Of a DNA stretch of 64,000 nucleotides, positions 58,514 through 64,000 are shown one piece after another. The number at the start of each line of letters is the position of its first letter. The stretch's first letter is position 1. This DNA comes from a virus, in IMG/VR virus record IMGVR_UViG_3300042691_031577, positions 32,001-96,000 of that record, one strand, 5' to 3'. The translations under genes were made by a program, and so were the position numbers. The notes under the pieces are model-generated. The model did not search any database and was not told the origin of the DNA. It saw nothing but the letters and a program-made list of their open reading frames with translations.

Positions 58514-58882
58514 CAATATAAGTATATACTTTTGTCGACACAAAAAGATCGTTTAAAAGAGTTCTTTGACATCTTGCAAAATTTCCCAAAAGGGGTTAGT
58601 CCGAAAATGCGAACGCAAAAATTGGAGATATACGTATATACTGTCGATGGCGAAGAGGTGTTTGCGAGTTGTGAATACGTCACATTAAATTTTGTACCAA
58701 CATCATCCCGCGCATGGACCGCGGCTAGCATGGGGACAGATCGCTATTAGATCGCCGGCGGGCCGCTATCGCCTGCACTTCCCTAGATCTCTTTTGCCCG
58801 GCGGGTGATTTTTTATCGAGCGCGCTAGCTCGCGTAAATATTGCTTTATACTAGCACACCTGCGATCATATGCGATAGAGAC

Positions 58883-58916
58883 AAAAGAGCGCATGCTTTT
58901 ATGTTCGCATGCGCTC
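58883..58916 (-). terminator. Intrinsic terminator ending the early region
   Basis: GAGCGCATGC-N10-GCATGCGCTC-TTTT. Confidence 0.75.
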
Positions 58917-58940
58917 AATCGTTTAAACCGTATGTTCTTA

Positions 58941-59336
58941 TTATCCGAATATAATGTCTTGATAGAATACGGTCTGCAGCATTACATCAGCTGTTTCCGC
59001 ATCATCATTTTCAGTAATCATATTCGTCAGATGTTCTATTGGTGTCTGAGCTACTCTCTCATGAACGTCCGATAGATCAATTGTACTATTCATTTCACCA
59101 TCACCTTCTTCATCTATTATAGTTAATGATTTACCTAAACGAAGTACCTCTAATAAAACATCCTCGTAACAGATTCCTTGATCGGGATTCTTTGATTTGA
59201 GGCTCTGCTTAGCGGCTTGATAATCTTGCTCATCTGTTTCTAAGATGAGACCGTAGCCTGAAATGTAAGACAATCCGTTACATAATGCATTGTGGAACAT
59301 TTCTTCTGATTCTTGTGGTGTTAAAATTATTTTCAT
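58941..59336 (-). CDS. Acidic early protein (start reassigned from 59423)
   Basis: MKIILTPQ; promoter at 59351-59390; ends DAETADVMLQTVFYQDIIFG. Confidence 0.7.
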   Translation of the reverse strand: MKIILTPQESEEMFHNALCNGLSYISGYGLILETDEQDYQAAKQSLKSKNPDQGICYEDVLLEVLRLGKSLTIIDEEGDGEMNSTIDLSDVHERVAQTPIEHLTNMITENDDAETADVMLQTVFYQDIIFG

Positions 59337-59510
59337 TTGTTTGTTAATTATTATGAGATAAAGATAGTGGACGAGCTTTGCCCGTCCACTTTTCCTTAAA
59401 ACAACTAAACAATAATCAAACAAACAATCAATTATTAAACATTATGAAATTGAATTTCGGTGTGATAAATGCTACTATAGCTAAGTTTTCCGGATCCGCT
59501 ATTATTTTTA

Positions 59511-59726
59511 TCATTGCATTAGCCCTTTCATTCTTAGGATCTGATGTCTTAATTTCTCGATCTCCTCTTTCTGCTCGCCCATAATCATAAAACACATAAA
59601 TGTAATTGCCATCATCAATACTAAGAAACCAATGATAAAATCTTGATCGCTTTGTGCTTTAACAAACATTAAATACAGTGAGATAAAGCCTAATACTACA
59701 CTGATAATTCCGTTTAAAATTTTCAT
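59511..59726 (-). CDS. Small two-TM membrane protein
   Basis: Two hydrophobic helices; own promoter. Confidence 0.7.
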   Translation of the reverse strand: MKILNGIISVVLGFISLYLMFVKAQSDQDFIIGFLVLMMAITFMCFMIMGEQKEEIEKLRHQILRMKGLMQ

Positions 59727-59785
59727 ATCGTTTTGTTTTTAATTGTGATGTAAAGGTAAGTGGCGAGCTTTGACTCGCCAAACAA

Positions 59786-59974
59786 TTAGTACATTTGATT
59801 TTTACAAAAGCGAGTAGTTCGGAATTTTGATTTACTCGTTGAACAAGAAGACATTACCGCAATACCTAGTATAAGTAAAACCCATACTACAAATAAAGCT
59901 TTAGCTTTGAATTGATGATTTTTTGTTACTTCGAAATCACCGTTCTCTAATTTTGTTACGTTAAAATCTGACAT
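59786..59974 (-). CDS. Small membrane protein / possible lipoprotein
   Basis: TM segment ending MSSC; own promoter. Confidence 0.65.
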   Translation of the reverse strand: MSDFNVTKLENGDFEVTKNHQFKAKALFVVWVLLILGIAVMSSCSTSKSKFRTTRFCKNQMY

Positions 59975-60036
59975 AATATTTTTGTTTTAATTGTGATATA
60001 AATGTAATAAAAAAGGCTCTGACGAGCCTTAAATAA

Positions 60037-60216
60037 TTAACCTTGAATCATTATTCCGTTTTCAAATATAACCCAAGCATAATTTGAATAATGATCATTG
60101 GGTTCCATTAACTCTAACTCAGTTAGAACATCATTTAATTCTTCTCTAGTACATGTAGTAGTTAAATTAGAATAAATGTCACTTGGATTTGGGAAAATTA
60201 GATAAGTGTTTTTCAT
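60037..60216 (-). CDS. 59-aa early protein (absent from ORF track)
   Basis: MKNTYLIFPNPSDIY...WVIFENGIMIQG; promoter at 60226. Confidence 0.7.
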   Translation of the reverse strand: MKNTYLIFPNPSDIYSNLTTTCTREELNDVLTELELMEPNDHYSNYAWVIFENGIMIQG

Positions 60217-60273
60217 ATCGTTATTAATTGTGATATAAAAATAAATGGGTAGTCTTGACTACCCAAATATTAA

Positions 60274-60507
60274 TTAATAATCTAAATTAAATGTAATGAC
60301 TTTAGGTCCTATATACTTACCTTCATCATCGAAGATATCATCATCGTCTTCATCAAAATTATCACAACATAAGTCATCGTCTAAATCAATGTCTTCTTCT
60401 TGTAATTCTAATTTGACTGTGTAATCAGTAGGATCAGTGTTTTTTAAACATATTACTGTTTCTGGATCTTGTTGAGATAGTATCTCAATTAATTCTTTTA
60501 CTTTCAT
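60274..60507 (-). CDS. Acidic early protein
   Basis: MKVKELIEILSQQDPE; Asp-rich; promoter at 60522. Confidence 0.7.
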   Translation of the reverse strand: MKVKELIEILSQQDPETVICLKNTDPTDYTVKLELQEEDIDLDDDLCCDNFDEDDDDIFDDEGKYIGPKVITFNLDY

Positions 60508-60565
60508 TGTTTTATTTATTTAATTGTGATGTAAATATAAACAACGAATTTTGACTAAACAACAA

Positions 60566-60727
60566 TTATTTCAATCGATATTGAAGTGTATCATTTACAT
60601 TGTACTTAGCTGTGCTATAAACAGTGTATGTTAAGGTATCATTCGCTGATTTAGCCTCATACTGGAAACTACCATTGCTGTACCCACAGCATGATATTAT
60701 GATTATTTTTGCTATTAATATTTTCAT
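60566..60727 (-). CDS. 53-aa early protein (absent from ORF track)
   Basis: MKILIAKIIIISCCGYSNGSF...; TATCTTTA-N4-ATG. Confidence 0.55.
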   Translation of the reverse strand: MKILIAKIIIISCCGYSNGSFQYEAKSANDTLTYTVYSTAKYNVNDTLQYRLK

Positions 60728-60739
60728 GATATAAAGATA

Positions 60740-60928
60740 TTATCCTTTACCTTCTTCATAGATATCATAACTAGGATCATTATCATTTTCTTCTAGTTCT
60801 TGATCTAGAGACAAAAAATCACCTTTGAGTGCTTTATCTAAAGCTTCTTCTTCATTGTTTGCTTCAACAACATAAGTGTAAATAGACGTTATAGGTCTAA
60901 TTTCATTTACAATAAATCTTTTTGACAT
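60740..60928 (-). CDS. Small early protein (VEA..EEEAL..A motif)
   Basis: Own promoter at 60942. Confidence 0.7.
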   Translation of the reverse strand: MSKRFIVNEIRPITSIYTYVVEANNEEEALDKALKGDFLSLDQELEENDNDPSYDIYEEGKG

Positions 60929-60982
60929 AGTATTTTTATTTAATTGTGATGTAAAAATAACAAAAAAATCTTGACAAACAAC

Positions 60983-61010
60983 AAAAAAAGCGCCTCATTT
61001 CTGAGACGCT
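60983..61010 (-). terminator. Intrinsic terminator
   Basis: AGCGTCTCA-GAAA-TGAGGCGCT-T-run. Confidence 0.75.
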
Positions 61011-61037
61011 CTGTCTAATAAAAAACAACTATAACAA

Positions 61038-61433
61038 TCAAGAAACAACTTCTGCTTTAACTACCTTAGGCCTACCCGGTTTGATCTGAATACCGGCTGC
61101 TAGCTTCTCAGCGCGCGCCTGCATTCTTTGTTGACGGGCTGATCCCTCTACAGCTGGCCTACCTCTGCGCAACAAACCTTCTTCACGCAAACGAGTTTTT
61201 TCAGCAATACGAATCTGTCTAGGTGAATTTGGATCCACCGGTCTACCTTTTTTCTTGGTAACACCCTCGTTTGTGATGTTGATGACAACATTCTCAGTTT
61301 GGGGTTCCACCTCTTGTTTGCCTGCGATTGCAGCTTCGATTTCGGCTTTTTTCATTCCGGTAATGTCAATACCTAATGATTTTGCTTCTGCTTTCATTGC
61401 GTTGAATAACGCTAATCCGTTTTGATTTTTCAT
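61038..61433 (-). CDS. Triple AT-hook-like (GRP) DNA-binding protein
   Basis: KKGRP, RRGRP, PGRP; paralogue of 62772..63035. Confidence 0.7.
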   Translation of the reverse strand: MKNQNGLALFNAMKAEAKSLGIDITGMKKAEIEAAIAGKQEVEPQTENVVINITNEGVTKKKGRPVDPNSPRQIRIAEKTRLREEGLLRRGRPAVEGSARQQRMQARAEKLAAGIQIKPGRPKVVKAEVVS

Positions 61434-61474
61434 AACCTTTATTTTTTTATTAATTGTGATTTAAATGTACAAAA

Positions 61475-61651
61475 TTAGTTTTGACCATCAAGTTCTTTTC
61501 GCTCAGCAACTAGATACTCGATTTGATCAACAGGCATAGTCATGATCAATTGTCTTAACATTTGATCTTCCATCCCTACTTCTCTGATGATGTTTTCCAT
61601 TGTTTCACCATCTACTTCTTTTAATGCGTTGATAATTTCTTGTGTGTTCAT
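61475..61651 (-). CDS. 58-aa early protein (absent from ORF track)
   Basis: MNTQEIINALKEVDGETMENIIREVGMEDQMLRQL...; promoter at 61663. Confidence 0.7.
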   Translation of the reverse strand: MNTQEIINALKEVDGETMENIIREVGMEDQMLRQLIMTMPVDQIEYLVAERKELDGQN

Positions 61652-61702
61652 AATCGTTTTTATTTATGATATAAAGATAATACAAATAACTGTGCCTGAC
61701 AC

Positions 61703-61727
61703 AAAAAAAGCGCTCATAGAGCGCTTT
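61703..61727 (-). terminator. Intrinsic terminator
   Basis: AAAGCGCTC-TAT-GAGCGCTTT-TTTT. Confidence 0.75.
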
Positions 61728-61730
61728 AAT

Positions 61731-62144
61731 TTAAATTACTTCGTGCCATCCGTGAACGTTCCAATCTTTTTCTGTTTGACGATTTTCACTGAATTGAGTT
61801 AGATCATCTACTAGATAAAGACAACTGTCGCCACTCACGTAGATGTAGGCTTTGTCTTTAGGTACGGAAAAATCACTATCGATGTGCAAAACGCAATACA
61901 TATCTTTTTTGATTTTGTATTCTTCTCCGAATATCTCTTTACCTATCTTCTTGAGCAATGATTTGAATTCTTGATTGTCTTTTAAAAATTGTTCCCATTG
62001 TTTGCCTATACAATCATAACGATTATGCTCGTAATTTAATGCAGGCAAATTCTCAATTTTGATTAATTCAGTAAATGATAATTTACTTTTTCCGTGACCT
62101 AAAAAGGCCTTAGCAGCAGTGCTGCTGTTGATTGCTGTTGTCAT
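61731..62144 (-). CDS. Hypothetical early protein
   Basis: 137 aa; promoter at 62162. Confidence 0.7.
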   Translation of the reverse strand: MTTAINSSTAAKAFLGHGKSKLSFTELIKIENLPALNYEHNRYDCIGKQWEQFLKDNQEFKSLLKKIGKEIFGEEYKIKKDMYCVLHIDSDFSVPKDKAYIYVSGDSCLYLVDDLTQFSENRQTEKDWNVHGWHEVI

Positions 62145-62185
62145 AATTCAAAGAACTTATTAATTGTGATGTAAATATAATAAAA

Positions 62186-62389
62186 TTACTTTGATCTACC
62201 AATATTTCTGAAGCTGCTTCGTTGTTTAAAAAATTTACTGTCGGACAAAGGAGCCCTCTTTGGAGCTGGAGCCCCAGGCCCTCCAGACCATCCTTCCCTC
62301 AGCTTCCCTCTTCTACACGCCGGACAAGGATCCCCAGGATCGTACGATAAAAATTGCTTAGAGCATTTATTACACTTAGTTCTCACCAT
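62186..62389 (-). CDS. Small Zn-ribbon protein with basic tail
   Basis: CNKC...CPAC. Confidence 0.55.
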   Translation of the reverse strand: MVRTKCNKCSKQFLSYDPGDPCPACRRGKLREGWSGGPGAPAPKRAPLSDSKFFKQRSSFRNIGRSK

Positions 62390-62399
62390 AATACATAAT

Positions 62400-62424
62400 A
62401 AAAATGGCGCTCAGATAAGCGCCA
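62400..62424 (-). terminator. Intrinsic terminator
   Basis: TGGCGCT-N6-AGCGCCA-TTTTT. Confidence 0.7.
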
Positions 62425-62432
62425 AAACCGTA

Positions 62433-62669
62433 CTAATAATCATCAAATAGATCATCATCCTCATCTACATCGTCCCATACACCTTCTTCGGCGTCCGTCT
62501 CTAATTCATCGATCTCTTCTAATTCAGCAATCATGCTATTTACTTGCTGACCCATGTATTCTAAGTCAATGTTGGTGATTACGGTATTAGATTCCATCGC
62601 TTCATCTAATATGTTATTGATTTCCTCTTCTGCTTTACGCAGGTGTCTTAATATTTTTTCCTTATTCAT
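62433..62669 (-). CDS. Highly acidic small protein
   Basis: C-terminus EEIDELETDAEEGVWDDVDEDDDLFDDY. Confidence 0.7.
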   Translation of the reverse strand: MNKEKILRHLRKAEEEINNILDEAMESNTVITNIDLEYMGQQVNSMIAELEEIDELETDAEEGVWDDVDEDDDLFDDY

Positions 62670-62717
62670 GGTACAAAATTTTAGATAAATATAATAAAAA
62701 GGAATAAAAAAACAAAG

Positions 62718-62751
62718 AAAAAACCGCCTGCAGGCAAAAAGTCTACAGGCG
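62718..62751 (-). terminator. Intrinsic terminator
   Basis: CGCCTGTAGAC-TTTTT-GCCTGCAGGCG-GTTTTTT. Confidence 0.7.
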
Positions 62752-62771
62752 ATTTAGGTAAAAAACCGTTA

Positions 62772-63035
62772 CTAAGCAGCAACGGTTTCGGTTTGTTTTT
62801 TCGGACGTCCGGGACCTACTTTCTCACCGTTAGCAATACGCGCTGCGCGATCAGCTAATTTTTGCTGGCGTTTGCTTGTAGTTGATGCTGGACGACCTCT
62901 TTTAATTTGATCACCATTAGCGATTCGCTCTGCGCGAGCAGCTAATACTTGTTGACGCTTTGAACCTTCAACTGTTGGACGACCTTTACGTTTTGATTCT
63001 GTTGCAGTAGCAACTGTTGTGTTTTCTGTACTCAT
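62772..63035 (-). CDS. Triple AT-hook-like (GRP) DNA-binding protein
   Basis: RKGRP, KRGRP, PGRP separated by repeated SKRQQ..A.RA.RIANG helices. Confidence 0.72.
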   Translation of the reverse strand: MSTENTTVATATESKRKGRPTVEGSKRQQVLAARAERIANGDQIKRGRPASTTSKRQQKLADRAARIANGEKVGPGRPKKQTETVAA

Positions 63036-63424
63036 AACCTTTATTATTTATTTTTTAAATTTAACGATGTAAATATACGACTTGAGTTTTGCCTTCCAAC
63101 ATTTTTTGTTGCAAAAAATTCGTAGTAAAAAGAAATTGGCTACAAGATACAAACAAAAGCTTTGCCAAGCACAAAGATAGCCTGCACAAAAGTGCTAGGT
63201 TTTCTAAAAATTTGTTCGTACATTGGTAATCATTTTCTGGATTACTACAGTTGCTAAATTGTTTGTTGGTGATTATTGTCTGAACCTACCACAGTTTACA
63301 TATTTGTTTGTTCGTACTGACTATAACCGTTGGCGGTGCTACAAAGGGCTGTGCTACTAGGTTGAGTAACTCACGGGCTACTTAGACGAATTCATCGTTT
63401 GAACAACAATAAATATACGAGAAC

Positions 63425-63453
63425 AAAAAAAGACAACCATTACAGTTGTCTTT
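63425..63453 (-). terminator. Intrinsic terminator
   Basis: AAAGACAAC-TGTAATG-GTTGTCTTT-TTTT. Confidence 0.75.
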
Positions 63454-63483
63454 CCTTAACTAAATTTGCGCGTTTGCTTTGCG

Positions 63484-63747
63484 TTATCTGTGCGGCTTAT
63501 ATTCCTTCGCCATCCTATCCGCTCCTAATCCTTCATACTTAAGTAATGCGTTAGCAATATACATTTGAAAACGTTGAATTGTTTTACATTCATTAATTGC
63601 TTTTAAAATTGACTGTTTGTCTTTGTCGTTGATGTTTTTTGACTGAACAAATTCGATTGTGTTTTGCTTTGCAAAATTCAGATCGGCTGTGTTGAATACT
63701 ACTTCTGAAATCTGTTCAAAAATAGACTTGATTTGTACTTTTGACAT
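63484..63747 (-). CDS. Hypothetical early protein
   Basis: 87 aa; promoter at about 63760-63800. Confidence 0.7.
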   Translation of the reverse strand: MSKVQIKSIFEQISEVVFNTADLNFAKQNTIEFVQSKNINDKDKQSILKAINECKTIQRFQMYIANALLKYEGLGADRMAKEYKPHR

Positions 63748-64000
63748 GTTGTTTGTTGTTTATGATGTAAATGTAGGCAAAAAATCTTGCCAAAACAACA
63801 AAAAAGAACAAAAAGAACGTAAAAAATTGGTACAAAATGCGTGAAAAGTATATCTGGATATATGGTCGAGTTGTAAGATGGGTGTTGGTGTGTACAATTT
63901 TCTCGATCTGCACCAATTCATCACCACCAATCACCACAACTCATTCCACCCATCACCCTAATCTTATTTTTCGAGCGCCCGAAACTCTCTTTTCAATTTC

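Larger units (their letters stand above)
59351..63800 (-). promoter_or_regulatory. Family of at least 11 repeated early promoters: TTG-N3-4-G(T/G)CAA(A/G)-N10-TAnnTTTA-(C/T)ATCACAATT
   Basis: Copies near 59351, 59741, 59989, 60226, 60522, 60942, 61452, 61663, 62162, 63061, 63760. Confidence 0.85.

Noticed and set aside
58375-58731. Minus-strand ORFs 58375..58731 and 58398..58589
   Set aside because: They overlap the tRNA-like element antisense, lack promoter or start context and have atypical composition
59351-63800. Repeated aattgtgat...ttgac units as a CRISPR array
   Set aside because: Units are degenerate, separated by whole genes of variable length and match promoter architecture; no cas operon (the 38240 nuclease is a common stand-alone phage enzyme)
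63716-63937. ORF 63716..63937
   Set aside because: Runs through a promoter and a low-complexity T-rich tract and overlaps the start of 63484..63747
1-64000. Alternative genetic code (stop-codon reassignment)
   Set aside because: Core genes are full length and tightly packed under the standard code

Overview
A 64-kb, AT-rich segment of a large T4-like myophage genome, with almost all genes on the minus strand. TTG...TAnnTTT(A/G) promoters, a near-absence of Shine-Dalgarno sites and a Bacteroidota-style lipoprotein point to a Bacteroidota host (inference). Layout: 1-8.5 kb, neck and fibre genes (gp15/gp14/gp13-like, Gly-rich adhesin, PhoH). 8.6-21 kb, head module (major capsid, scaffold, gp21 protease, portal, large terminase) plus an HNH endonuclease. 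21-38 kb, a long array of mostly unrelated ORFs, about 20 of which (window-wide) carry N-terminal leaders ending in a gp21-type (L/I)-x-E site. 38-41 kb, nuclease, primase and kinase. 41-55.5 kb, baseplate (gp7/gp6/gp25/gp5-like) and a lysin. 55.9 kb, gp55-like sigma factor. 58.4 kb, a remodelled tRNA-like RNA on the plus strand. 59-64 kb, an early region of one-gene cassettes, each behind a repeated promoter. The best candidate for an undescribed system is an 'address-tagged' capsid cargo array in which the leader-coding DNA is itself a near-identical direct repeat at gene boundaries. Other highlights: a late promoter (ATATTTAT) often exactly 5 nt from the ATG, early promoters with embedded hairpins, a pseudoknotted intergenic RNA, triple AT-hook proteins and an ALK/LTK-like Gly-rich domain. 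All protein calls come from motif recognition, not database searches.
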